From NCBI GenBank assembly GCA_946544115.1, contig CAMNLW010000004.1, positions 1 through 44,405 on the forward strand: a DNA stretch of 44,405 nucleotides, given 5' to 3'. This stretch comes from an uncultured Verrucomicrobiota bacterium. GTDB taxonomy: Bacteria; Verrucomicrobiota; Kiritimatiellia; RFP12; UBA1067. How positions within the stretch are numbered: position 1 is the first letter of the stretch; every line of letters starts with the position of its first letter. Position numbers and translations under genes: made by a program. Under the pieces are notes generated by a model that made no database searches, had not been told where the DNA came from, and saw only the letters and a list, made by a program, of their open reading frames with translations. Below, piece after piece: positions 1 to 9,572 of this stretch.

Positions 1-126
1 TACCGTCTTCGGCGACTAGCGAATGATAACTTGGACGAGCGGGCGGCCGTCCTGCCGCCTTGCCCGCGCTTTGCCCATCCTCGGCTGAAAATTTTGCGCA
101 CCCACTTGAAACACGGCGGACAGTTG

Positions 127-135
127 TGGTATAAT
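127..135 (+). promoter_or_regulatory. Extended -10 promoter motif TGGTATAAT
   Basis: Exact TGnTATAAT, 7 nt upstream of GTG at 143; the same motif recurs in many intergenic regions of the window. Confidence 0.6.
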
Positions 136-142
136 TCGTATC

Positions 143-523
143 GTGAACGCCACATTCCAGAGCCTTGCACGTAACGCGCGTAAAATGCGCGTAGTGCGCT
201 TGCACGGAATCCCCCTCCCCCCAGTTGCCTCTAAACGTTGCGTAACCGGCGAACGCGAAGCCGAGAAGGCCGAGGGCACGACACCCGAACTGCGCAAGAC
301 CGTCGCGAACCTGCTCATGACGGCCTCGCAGCGCGTCAATGCTGTCGCCATGCTCGACCCAGACAATGCCAAGGCCGCCGAGGCCATCGAGAAGGTGACC
401 GGCATCATTAAAGACCTCAAGCGCGTCGCGTCCGAGGCCAAGCATCGCAAAGGCGATACGCCCGACCCTGAGCCTGAACCCACGCCGGCACCGGAACCCA
501 ACGGGGATTCTCCCGTTTCGTAA
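143..523 (+). CDS. Hypothetical protein or gene remnant with helical core and Pro/Glu-rich tail
   Basis: 126-aa ORF; the second half looks protein-like (helical, DPEPEPTPAPEP tail), the first half does not; start uncertain. Confidence 0.4.
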   Translation: MNATFQSLARNARKMRVVRLHGIPLPPVASKRCVTGEREAEKAEGTTPELRKTVANLLMTASQRVNAVAMLDPDNAKAAEAIEKVTGIIKDLKRVASEAKHRKGDTPDPEPEPTPAPEPNGDSPVS

Positions 524-550
524 TGAATCTTGAATGGAGGAAAAACAAAA

Positions 551-3166
551 ATGAAAAAACTATTGATAATGATATGCGCGGCGGTGTCGATGACGGCACT
601 TGCCTACACGACATCAATCACCGACACGACGGGATACGTCGTGCAGACTGCGACGGATGCTGTTGGGAAGAGTTCAGTCATCAATGGCGATAACTTTCCT
701 GGCGGTGCGCCTGTGGCGGGCAAGAATTACCTCGTCAACAACGAACTAAACACCCGTTCACCAGACGTCAAAAACTCGGACAACACATTCAGAGGCGATT
801 CGCTCACTCTTGACGGCGGCGCGAATCTGCTGCTGAAGGGACAGGGCAGCAAGTTGACCATTGCCGACCTGCGCATCTACAACGCCATGATCACGCAGGG
901 TGACGGCAGCTGCAGAAAGACGCTCAAGGGTGCCATAAAGGTTTACGGCAAACCGTCCGCACCGTCAATATTCATTGGATCCGGCAACAACGGTGTGCGC
1001 CATACTCATGTCGAGTCAAGCATTTCCGGCGCGAGCGGTACTGGCATCAAGGTCATGCACAGCGATGAAACCGACTCAACGGGCGCGCAGTTCTACACGC
1101 ACTTTGCTGGCAACAATTCTGGCTATGCCGGTTCCATCGAAGTCGAGAGTGCCGGCAACGGCGTTTGTCTCGTCGGCTACAACAACAACGCCTTTGGCTC
1201 GTCGCCAAACATCACGCTTACGAATGGCGGCAAGCTGTTTGGCGGTGGAAGCGGCATGGTTTCCCTGTCTGGCGCGGCAATTACGCTCGACAATGGCGGA
1301 CAGCTTGGCGTGTACAGCAAGGATGGCAACAACATCGGTCTGCAAATCGGAGGCAATTCAACGATAACGGGTACGGGAACGCTGACCATCGGCAATTCTG
1401 GCGTTGAAGGAATCCATCTGCGGCGCGTTGCCCTTGCCCAAGTGTCGATTACCGAAATTGACGGCATACAGGTGAACAACGGACTTCTGCAGTTGTCAGG
1501 AAATTACAACAATCCGGCGATTCCAATCGTCGTGACTCAGCCGTCAATGTTGCGGACGGTTCTTGACTGCCGCGTTGGACCGATCACGCTCCAGTCAGCT
1601 TCCTACGTAAATCCAGGCGCAGAGAACGTGACCTATGCTTCGCTGACGCTGGAGCAGACGGAAGACAATCCTCCTTACATCGCCCGGGCGTTGCGTGGCG
1701 GTTTGATTACAATCAATGGCAGCCTCGTCAACAATCTCCGTTCGGGCGGCAAGATTCGCATCGACTTCAACGACAACGACATTGCCAACGACACCCTCGT
1801 CTCGGATCTTGCCGGTTCGAGTTCACATCGGATCCTGACGGCCGCGAACCTCGGCACGGCGGGCGTGACGGCGGACGACTTCACCGCGACGGCGGATTCT
1901 GCGAAAGACTTCATACGCCCGTACATACTTGGAGGCACTTTCTCGATTGAAACGGCTGACAGCAAGACCTACCTCGTGTACACGCCGCCGAAGAAGTTCG
2001 TGTGTCTGAACGGCAGGGACGCCGGCGGCAACGACGCCAAAGGATCGTCGTTCCTCACGGGTGGACGTTGGAGCGATAGAAGTGTTCCCCATGCCGATGC
2101 CGCGTACTTTGTGCCGGCCGACAAGCAGCTTCGTGCGCCTGATGGTAAAGAGGGGACGTTCCCGAAAACTTCGCTCGCAATTCTTGATGGCGGCACGTTC
2201 AGCGTACAGCAGGCCAAGGTCACCGTCAACGACCTGCGCCTTTACGGCGGCTGCATTGTAAACGCTACGCGCAACAATGGCAACAGGCTTGTCGGCAACA
2301 TCACAGTATTGGATGCGGCAACCAAGCCTGTGTTAATGACGCTTGAAGTGAACAAGGGCCAGAATCCAGACTATCGTCCGCTTTACGTTGACTCCAACAT
2401 ATCCGGCAGTGGCATCGTCCAGATGCGTTACAACCCCGGTGCCGATGCAGACCATTCGCCGCGGGAAGGCCGCTTTGGACGCTTCCATCTAAACGGGAAC
2501 AATGCGGACTTCTCCGGTGAATGGCAGATTGCGCATTGGTGCATCAAGACGGTGTTCGCCAACGCTGCGGCTGTCGGCAGCGCGTCGGCGATCCACTTCA
2601 AGTCCAACGGAGTCTGCTGGGTTCAGGACTCGTACACGATTCCGGCAGCTACCGGCGTGAATGTCGATGCGGCGGGAAGCGTCGCTGGCGACGAGGTTAA
2701 GACGAACGGCGGCACGTTCGAAATTGATGCGGGCAAGGTGCTTGACGTCGCTGGCGTCGTTTCGGGCGGCGGCATTTTGCGCAAGACGGGCGCGGGCGCG
2801 TTGCGGCTTGACGCGGAGAACACCATTTCAACGGCGGTAGTCGTCAAGGAAGGTTTTATCGGCGGTGCTGGCAAGGTCACGGCTGTTGAACTGGAGGATG
2901 GTGCGGGTCTTGACGTTTCCGCAACGCAGGCGACGCCGTTTGAAATCGGCACACTCACTGTCGATGGCGGCATTACGTTGAACATTCGCAACGCGGCGGG
3001 TGTGGATATCAGCAGGATTGCCGTCGCGAAGGTCGGAACGCTCACTGGTACGCTTAGCAACGCGAAAGCCACGGTAGAAGGTGGCAAGGGCGGAAGCTAC
3101 ACGCTCTCCGTTGAAGGCGGCATCCTCTACGCGGCAAAGCGAGGAATGATCATCTCGATCCACTAA
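551..3166 (+). CDS. Secreted Gly/Asn/Thr-rich beta-strand-repeat (autotransporter passenger-like) surface protein
   Basis: GGAGG at 536-540, signal peptide MKKLLIMICAAVSMTALA, passenger-associated repeat SGGGILRKTGAGALRLDAENT, two internally homologous modules, C-terminus KRGMIISIH. Confidence 0.75.
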   Translation: MKKLLIMICAAVSMTALAYTTSITDTTGYVVQTATDAVGKSSVINGDNFPGGAPVAGKNYLVNNELNTRSPDVKNSDNTFRGDSLTLDGGANLLLKGQGSKLTIADLRIYNAMITQGDGSCRKTLKGAIKVYGKPSAPSIFIGSGNNGVRHTHVESSISGASGTGIKVMHSDETDSTGAQFYTHFAGNNSGYAGSIEVESAGNGVCLVGYNNNAFGSSPNITLTNGGKLFGGGSGMVSLSGAAITLDNGGQLGVYSKDGNNIGLQIGGNSTITGTGTLTIGNSGVEGIHLRRVALAQVSITEIDGIQVNNGLLQLSGNYNNPAIPIVVTQPSMLRTVLDCRVGPITLQSASYVNPGAENVTYASLTLEQTEDNPPYIARALRGGLITINGSLVNNLRSGGKIRIDFNDNDIANDTLVSDLAGSSSHRILTAANLGTAGVTADDFTATADSAKDFIRPYILGGTFSIETADSKTYLVYTPPKKFVCLNGRDAGGNDAKGSSFLTGGRWSDRSVPHADAAYFVPADKQLRAPDGKEGTFPKTSLAILDGGTFSVQQAKVTVNDLRLYGGCIVNATRNNGNRLVGNITVLDAATKPVLMTLEVNKGQNPDYRPLYVDSNISGSGIVQMRYNPGADADHSPREGRFGRFHLNGNNADFSGEWQIAHWCIKTVFANAAAVGSASAIHFKSNGVCWVQDSYTIPAATGVNVDAAGSVAGDEVKTNGGTFEIDAGKVLDVAGVVSGGGILRKTGAGALRLDAENTISTAVVVKEGFIGGAGKVTAVELEDGAGLDVSATQATPFEIGTLTVDGGITLNIRNAAGVDISRIAVAKVGTLTGTLSNAKATVEGGKGGSYTLSVEGGILYAAKRGMIISIH

Positions 3167-3183
3167 ACTTTAGGGGATAGAAT

Positions 3184-4980
3184 ATGCGGAAGGGACTTGC
3201 AAGCATGCTAGCCATAGCATGCATTGCCGTAGTTGCGGAGGCGGCGTTTCCACCTACGCCGTGGGGCGGGAAGGTCACGAGCGAGAACTGTCTGCGCGAC
3301 TACCCGCGTCCGCAGATGGTGCGCAATGACTGGACTTGTCTGAACGGCGACTGGGACTACGCGATAACGGCGGTGACAAACACTCCGGGGCGACCTGCGA
3401 AGTGGGACGGCAAAATACGTGTTCCCTTTGCGTTGGAAGCCCCGCTCTCAATGTGCGGAGGGCGGCTTCTAAATCCCGACGAATATCTCTGGTACACGCG
3501 CGACGTGGAACTTGACCCAAGACCGGGCGAAAGAATACTTCTCCACTTCGGGGCCGTTGATTTTAGGGCAATCGTCTATCTCGGACACGACGAAGTTGCG
3601 ATTCACGAGGGAGGGCATCTGCCGTTCACGGTCGATCTGACGCCGTTTGCCAGGAAGGGCGTAAATGCGCTGACCATTCTCGTGTGGGATCCGACGGAGG
3701 ACTATGTGCAGTCGTGCGGCAAGCAGGCGTTCAAGTCCAGCACATGTTTCTACACTCGCGTAAGCGGCATGTGGCAGACGGTCTGGATTGAGACTGTGCC
3801 GGAGAAGCACATCGCAGACTACAAGGTCGACACCGACATAGACAAGGGCGAAGTCACGTTGACGTTCAATGTCGACGGACTCGTGTACGGAGACAGAGAG
3901 GAAGGTGTCGTGGAGATTTATCCAATGTCTCTGCGCGGGACATTCCGTCCCGGCGTGCCGGTCACATTCCGACTCCCCGCGCCCGTTTCGCTGTGGTCGC
4001 CGGAATCGCCGGCACTCTACCATTTCACGGCGAGGTTCGGCAAGGACGATATAAAGGGCTACTTCGGGATGCGCAAGTTCGAGAAGCGGCGCGACGCAAA
4101 GGGCGTGCTGCGATTCTTCCTCAACAACAAGCCATATTACGTGATGGGAACGCTGGACCAGGGATGGTGGCCAGACGGGTTGCTCACTCCACCAAGCGAA
4201 GAGGCGATGGAGTTTGACATACAGACATTGAAGAAATGCGGTTTCAACGCCATGCGCAAGCACATCAAGGTAGAGCCGCTCAGATACTACGCGCTCTGCG
4301 ACAGAATCGGTCTTCTGGTCCTGCAAGACATGCCTAGCCGTGGTGCAGACTGCATAGCCCCGTTTCATGCCGACTCGGTCAAGGGATATGGACTTTATCG
4401 AGAGGAAGTCAAGGGAATAATGGACTTGCTTATGAAGGTTCCGTCCGTCGTAATGTGGATTCCCTACAATGAGGGATGGGGGCAGCACGGCCAGAACTTG
4501 ACCCACACTACTCTGGATTTCATCAAGCGTTATGATCCGTCCCGTCTTGTCGATGGTCCGTCTGGCTGGAACGACTTCGAGGGGGGCGAATGCCTTGATC
4601 CGGCAGATGCTCCGAAAAAGCTGACGCGGCTGACAACCGTTCATCTCCCGGATGGATTATGCGAGGCGGCGGATGTCGTGGATTACCATTACTATCCCGG
4701 TCCGGCAATGCCGCCCGTGAACAGTCGTCGGGTTCCCTTCCTCGGCGAGTTTGGCGGACTTGTGACATCGAAAGACATTGAGAAAACGTATCTCGGTCTT
4801 ATGGACAAACTCGGTGACTTGGCCGAAAAAGGACTAGGCGGGTCTATCTACACGCAGAGCACGGACGTTGAGTTTGAGTCAAACGGTCTTCTTACCTATG
4901 ACCGGAAAGTTCTCAAATACCATCCCGAAACACTAAAGACCGCCCACGCGGCTATTATCCGTCGCGCCGTAGGAGAATGA
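3184..4980 (+). CDS. Glycoside hydrolase family 2 (beta-galactosidase/glucuronidase-like), secreted
   Basis: YPRPQ..R..W..LNG.W, LHFGAVD, LDQGWWPDG, RKHIKVEP, WIPYNEGWGQ (acid/base), GEFGG (nucleophile), YTQSTDVE; signal peptide. Confidence 0.88.
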   Translation: MRKGLASMLAIACIAVVAEAAFPPTPWGGKVTSENCLRDYPRPQMVRNDWTCLNGDWDYAITAVTNTPGRPAKWDGKIRVPFALEAPLSMCGGRLLNPDEYLWYTRDVELDPRPGERILLHFGAVDFRAIVYLGHDEVAIHEGGHLPFTVDLTPFARKGVNALTILVWDPTEDYVQSCGKQAFKSSTCFYTRVSGMWQTVWIETVPEKHIADYKVDTDIDKGEVTLTFNVDGLVYGDREEGVVEIYPMSLRGTFRPGVPVTFRLPAPVSLWSPESPALYHFTARFGKDDIKGYFGMRKFEKRRDAKGVLRFFLNNKPYYVMGTLDQGWWPDGLLTPPSEEAMEFDIQTLKKCGFNAMRKHIKVEPLRYYALCDRIGLLVLQDMPSRGADCIAPFHADSVKGYGLYREEVKGIMDLLMKVPSVVMWIPYNEGWGQHGQNLTHTTLDFIKRYDPSRLVDGPSGWNDFEGGECLDPADAPKKLTRLTTVHLPDGLCEAADVVDYHYYPGPAMPPVNSRRVPFLGEFGGLVTSKDIEKTYLGLMDKLGDLAEKGLGGSIYTQSTDVEFESNGLLTYDRKVLKYHPETLKTAHAAIIRRAVGE

Positions 4981-5011
4981 TGATGTTGTTGTTGACAGGG
5001 GCTAATGCGAG

Positions 5012-6475
5012 ATGAAAACGATACAATCAATGGCAGCGACGTGTTTGTGCATGGTGGCAACGGCTGCACACACGGCGACATTTCTTGGTGTGGATGACGG
5101 ACGTGTGCTGACAAACCCTGACATGGGGCTGACGATGCACTATTACTCCAATGTGCCACATGAGTATGGTTCCAGAGTTGAACCGGGCGACGACATGACA
5201 TGGTTTCCTGGATGCTCCGTGTGCTATCTGCGGCTGCCGTGGAGCATGATCGAGCCGGAAGAAGGCGTGTTCGACTGGGCAACCATCGACACGCCGGCCC
5301 AGCGCTGGATAGCCAAGGGCGGTCAGATAGCCCTGCGTTTCACCTGTTCGGAGGACTGGATGTACTACGCCACGCCGAAATGGGTGGAAGACGCAGGCGC
5401 GAAGGGCAAACACTACCGGCTTTGGGCAGGCAAAGGGCCGATTCGCACTCCCGATGGCAAGACGCTGCCGTGGGATCCGGATTTTGGCGATTCCGTGTTT
5501 CTTGAAAAACTGGATAAGTTCATCGCCGCCGTCGCTGCGCGATATGACGGACGCCCCGAGGTCGCATTCGTTGACATCGGCTCATACGGGCTTTGGGGCG
5601 AGGGACATACCTTCGGCTCCAGCCAGGTGCCGGAAGAAAAGCGCGCGGTCGATATTTCGCGACATATTGACTTGTGGCGCAAGTACTTCAAGCGGACGCA
5701 GCTCATTCTGTCCGATGACATCGACGGCAACGCCAACCAGACTGGAAAATATCCCATTTTAGACTATGCGCGTTCCAAGGGCGTTGGCTGGCGCGATGAT
5801 TCAATTCTTGTAGAACCTCCGCCTAGGTCATGGTACCATGCAGACCAGGCTGAGCGCTACTGGCGAACGTTGCCTGTCGTTCTGGAGCATGAACACTATG
5901 AAGGAAGCGTGAAGCGCGGCGCGTGGTCTCCTGAACTTCTGGTCAGGTCGGTCGAAGAGCATCATGCAAGCTACATGTCGATCCACGGCGACCCGAAGAA
6001 ACTGCTGGACAAAAACCGCGAGGCATTTGAGAAGATTGCGCGGCGTCTCGGATATCGCTTCGTTCCGAAGTCCGTGACATGGCCGGATATTGTGACGGTC
6101 GGCAAGGATGGCGACACGTTCGAGGTCTTGTTCACGTTTGTGAATGGCGGCGTCGCGCCGTGTTACCGCGACGCCTGGCCGTGTTTGACGATCAAGGACG
6201 AGAAGGGGCGTATCCTTGCCGTTCTCGCTGATGGCGACTGTAACCTTAAAGGGTTGCTGCCTAAAGCAGTAAAGTCGCATGCGGCAAAGTTCCGCCTTGG
6301 ACGCTTCGGAGCGCCGACGTTCCCATCTGGCAAATATGACGTGTTCATTTCGGTGGGCAAAATCGACGGTACGCCTGTCTATGAATTGCCGATGAATGGC
6401 AGTGACGGACAGCGGCGGTATAAAACAGGCACAATTGTTATAGGCTATGCCGACGGTGTTGGCGATATGATGTAA
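5012..6475 (+). CDS. Secreted TIM-barrel glycoside hydrolase, GH-A-like with DUF4832-type C-terminal domain
   Basis: NPDMG, YLRLPWSMIEPEEGVFDW, DIGSYGLWGEGH, RRLGYRF, N.GVAP.Y motifs; signal peptide. Confidence 0.7.
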   Translation: MKTIQSMAATCLCMVATAAHTATFLGVDDGRVLTNPDMGLTMHYYSNVPHEYGSRVEPGDDMTWFPGCSVCYLRLPWSMIEPEEGVFDWATIDTPAQRWIAKGGQIALRFTCSEDWMYYATPKWVEDAGAKGKHYRLWAGKGPIRTPDGKTLPWDPDFGDSVFLEKLDKFIAAVAARYDGRPEVAFVDIGSYGLWGEGHTFGSSQVPEEKRAVDISRHIDLWRKYFKRTQLILSDDIDGNANQTGKYPILDYARSKGVGWRDDSILVEPPPRSWYHADQAERYWRTLPVVLEHEHYEGSVKRGAWSPELLVRSVEEHHASYMSIHGDPKKLLDKNREAFEKIARRLGYRFVPKSVTWPDIVTVGKDGDTFEVLFTFVNGGVAPCYRDAWPCLTIKDEKGRILAVLADGDCNLKGLLPKAVKSHAAKFRLGRFGAPTFPSGKYDVFISVGKIDGTPVYELPMNGSDGQRRYKTGTIVIGYADGVGDMM

Positions 6476-6511
6476 TGCCGTCATCAAAAAACAAGCAAAG
6501 GGACAGTTGCA

Positions 6512-8929
6512 ATGAGGTGGATGTGTTGTTTGAGCGCGTCGCTTGTCGCCGCAGTTGCGGCGGCGGCGACGTTTGTCTCGCCGCTGGAGAAGGCGCCCAC
6601 AGATGGCGCGGCGGCGGTGTTCGAGCGGAGGTTCACAAACGCGGGTTCGGTCAGCCGCGCTACGTGGGACGTGACGGCGCAGGGCGTGTTCGAGGCATTC
6701 GCCAACGGGCGGCGCGTCGGGGACGACTTCCTGAAGCCGGGCGTCACGGAGTGCGGAAAGTGCCGCCATGTGTATTCATACGACGTGACGGACAGCCTCG
6801 ACATAAGGACGGGGGCGACGAACGTCCTCTCTGCGACCGTTACGTCTGGATGGTGGTGCGACCAGATGATGAGGGTGGCCGAAGGCGTGAAGTCCCCTTG
6901 GCAACTTGGAAAGGAAGTTGCGTTTCGCGGCGAGCTGCGGCTTGAGCTGGACGACGGCTCGGTGCAGACGGTCGGCACGGACGAGAGCTGGCTTGCGGCT
7001 TACACGGGCCCAGTCATCTCGGCGGGGATATACGAAGGCGAGACGTACGACGCCCGGCGCAAGGTGGAAGGGCTGAAGGGCGTCCGCCGCAACACGGAGT
7101 TCAAAGGGGAGTTCCGTCCGGCGGCGGCGAAGGTGGCGTTGCGCGAAGACCTCGCGCTGAAGCCGCGCGAAGCGTACGTCGTCAAGGGTGCGGAAGGTGC
7201 GTCGAAGGATGCGTTCGGCATCGCCAAGGTCGTCAGGCGATACGGGGACGGAGAAGAAATCCGGCTTGTGTCCGGCGAGATGCTGGTGGTCGATTTCGGG
7301 CAGAACTGCTCCGCCGTGCCGTCGTTCGAGGTGGAGGGCGGAGCCGGAACGGAGCTTGAGATACGGACGTCCGAGATGCTGAACGAGTCGCTCGGCGAGA
7401 AGTCGCGCGGCAACGACGGCCCGGCGGGGACGCCGTACCTCGCCTCCCTGCGCGACGCATACGCCGGGATTCGTTACACGCTGAAGGACGGGGCGCAGTC
7501 GTACATGCCGCGCTACACGTACTTCGGCTACCGCTATGTTGGTGTCACGGCGACGGGGCCGGTCGTGTTCAGGCGCTGGCGCTCCACGCCCGTCTCGTCC
7601 GTCACGCGGGAGATGGAGCGCGGGAGCATCGTGACCGGTAACGCCAAGGTCAACAGACTCATCGCGAACGTGCGCTGGGGAATGCTCTCGAACTACCTTT
7701 CGTCGCCGACGGACTGTCCGCAGCGTGACGAGCGCCTTGGCTGGACGGCGGACACGCAGGTGTTCATGCAGAGCGCGGCGTACCTTGCCGACACGAGGGA
7801 GTTCCTCGGCAAGTTTCTCGCCGACCTGCGCGACGCGCAGCGCATCGACGGCTGCTATCAGTGCTTCGTCCCGAACGTGCGTCACGTCTTTGAAGAACAC
7901 GGAAGCGCGGGCTGGACGGACGCCGGGGTGATAATACCCTACCGTCTGTGGAAGTGGTACGGGGAGCGCAGGTTCATAGACGAATCGTGGGAGTCGATGG
8001 TGCGCTACATGGAGTTCCTCGAAGGCAGCGAAGAGCCGTACGGCATCAACCACGGCGACTGGCTTGCGTTCGAGCACCATGTCAGGCTGGAGGACGACCT
8101 CTCCGGCGACGCGATGGACAAGCGTCAGATAAAGCCGCTAAAGGCATACTTCCGCGTGTGGGTGGCGATGCTCATGCGCGAGATGGCGGCGGCGACGGGA
8201 AGGGCTGTGGCAGCGCGTCATTATGCGGAGGAGGAGGCGAAGCTGCGCAAGGCGTTCGCGGCGGCGTACATGGGGGCGGACGGAACGATCAAGGACGAAT
8301 ACAAGGGGCAGTGCAACGACCTCTACATGCTAAAGCTCGGCCTTTGCGGAGGGGAGGCGGCGGTCGAGGCGACGAAGCGCGACCTGATCGAGAACATAAA
8401 GGCGCATGGCGACCGCCTTCAGACCGGTTTTCTCGGCACTGCAATCCTTCTGCCGACGCTTACGTTCGAGGCGAATGCTCCGGAGCTGGCGTATTCGCTG
8501 CTGCTGCAGGAGGCGTTTCCGAGCTGGCTGTATTCTGTCAACCAGGGTGCGGCGACGGTTTGGGAACGCTGGAACGGATATACGAAGGAGAAGGGATTTG
8601 GCCCGGTGGGCATGAACAGCTTCAACCACTATGCCTACGGATGCGTGCTGGAATGGCTGTTCTCGGCGGCGGCGGGAATGCGCCCTGACTCCGAACAAGG
8701 CGGCTGGCGTCATTTCCGCCTGAGGCCGTATCCAGACCGCAGGCTCGGGTCGTGTTCCGCATCGTACCGCACTGATTTCGGCACGATACGCAGCGCATGG
8801 CAGTACGGCGACGACGGCAGTCTCACATGGCGATTCTCGGTTCCGAAGGGAAGCACGGCGACGGTCACCTGGCTTGACGGTTCATCGCGTGAGTACGCAT
8901 CGGGCGACTACGAGCTTGTGTCTTGGTGA
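6512..8929 (+). CDS. Alpha-L-rhamnosidase, GH78
   Basis: DFGQN, PTDCPQRDERLGWTADTQVF, TGFLGT, GAATVWERWN, MNSFNHYAYG motifs. Confidence 0.92.
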   Translation: MRWMCCLSASLVAAVAAAATFVSPLEKAPTDGAAAVFERRFTNAGSVSRATWDVTAQGVFEAFANGRRVGDDFLKPGVTECGKCRHVYSYDVTDSLDIRTGATNVLSATVTSGWWCDQMMRVAEGVKSPWQLGKEVAFRGELRLELDDGSVQTVGTDESWLAAYTGPVISAGIYEGETYDARRKVEGLKGVRRNTEFKGEFRPAAAKVALREDLALKPREAYVVKGAEGASKDAFGIAKVVRRYGDGEEIRLVSGEMLVVDFGQNCSAVPSFEVEGGAGTELEIRTSEMLNESLGEKSRGNDGPAGTPYLASLRDAYAGIRYTLKDGAQSYMPRYTYFGYRYVGVTATGPVVFRRWRSTPVSSVTREMERGSIVTGNAKVNRLIANVRWGMLSNYLSSPTDCPQRDERLGWTADTQVFMQSAAYLADTREFLGKFLADLRDAQRIDGCYQCFVPNVRHVFEEHGSAGWTDAGVIIPYRLWKWYGERRFIDESWESMVRYMEFLEGSEEPYGINHGDWLAFEHHVRLEDDLSGDAMDKRQIKPLKAYFRVWVAMLMREMAAATGRAVAARHYAEEEAKLRKAFAAAYMGADGTIKDEYKGQCNDLYMLKLGLCGGEAAVEATKRDLIENIKAHGDRLQTGFLGTAILLPTLTFEANAPELAYSLLLQEAFPSWLYSVNQGAATVWERWNGYTKEKGFGPVGMNSFNHYAYGCVLEWLFSAAAGMRPDSEQGGWRHFRLRPYPDRRLGSCSASYRTDFGTIRSAWQYGDDGSLTWRFSVPKGSTATVTWLDGSSREYASGDYELVSW

Positions 8930-9031
8930 CCCCTGCCGCAAATGGAAAAGTCGTAGGCGGAGGGGACCCCGCCGGGCCCCATGGGCTCAGCCCCAACGGC
9001 AGCACACACCCGTGAGAGCCCCCGCTCTCCA

Positions 9032-9229
9032 AGACTTTCCCTAAGTCTTGCCCAAGCTTTGCCAAAGTCTTGCCCACACTTTGCACAAGTCTTGCCCAAG
9101 CTTTGCCAAAGTCTTGCCCAAGATTTGCACAAGTCTTGCCCAAGCTTTGCCCAAGTCTTGCCCACGCTTTGGCGAAGTCCTGCCCGGACTTTGCCTCAAG
9201 CCTGCCTGACCTTTGCCTCAAGCCTGCCT
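9032..9229. repeat. Tandem repeat of 18 11-bp units with 22-bp higher-order period (AAGTCTTGCCC alternating with variable AAGCTTTGCCA-like units)
   Basis: AAGTCTTGCCC exact at 9043, 9065, 9087, 9109, 9131, 9153, variant at 9175; degenerates to CAAGCCTGCCT at 9197 and 9219. Confidence 0.95.
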
Positions 9230-9262
9230 GCCACGCGCCGCGCGGCACGGTCGCTGCAGATT

Positions 9263-9271
9263 TGGTATAAT
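9263..9271 (+). promoter_or_regulatory. Extended -10 promoter, probable leaderless transcript
   Basis: TGGTATAAT followed by 7 nt and then ATG at 9279; no SD. Confidence 0.7.
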
Positions 9272-9278
9272 ATACTTC

Positions 9279-9572
9279 ATGCTGAGCGAGATTCTGGAGT
9301 TTGCTATGCTGTTCGCTTTCGGCTTTTCATGGCCGTTCGCGATAGTCAGAACGTACCGCGCAAAACGCGTGGACGGCAAGAGCCCTATGTTCATGGTGAT
9401 TGTCATCGTCGGATACTGCTGCGGGATAGCCTCGCATCTGGTCGACGGCTCTAAACTGTGGCTCTGCTGGGTGTATCTGGTCGATATGGCGCTCGTTTCC
9501 ACCGATCTTTCGCTCTACTTCCACTATGCGGCGAAGAACCGCCGACAACAGCCCAAGGAGCAGACATCATGA
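9279..9572 (+). CDS. Small 3-TM membrane protein, PQ-loop/SemiSWEET-like
   Basis: FGFSWP..I.RTYRAK...GKS..F pattern, three hydrophobic segments; stop overlaps the pfk ATG (ATGA). Confidence 0.7.
   Translation: MLSEILEFAMLFAFGFSWPFAIVRTYRAKRVDGKSPMFMVIVIVGYCCGIASHLVDGSKLWLCWVYLVDMALVSTDLSLYFHYAAKNRRQQPKEQTS

Noticed and set aside
9032-9229. CRISPR array (constant unit alternating with variable units)
   Set aside because: Repeat and 'spacers' are only 11 bp, the spacers are variants of the repeat itself, and there are no cas genes in the window
8865-9454. ORFs spanning the minisatellite on both strands
   Set aside because: Open frames are a by-product of the repeat; no SD or promoter, and no recognisable domain
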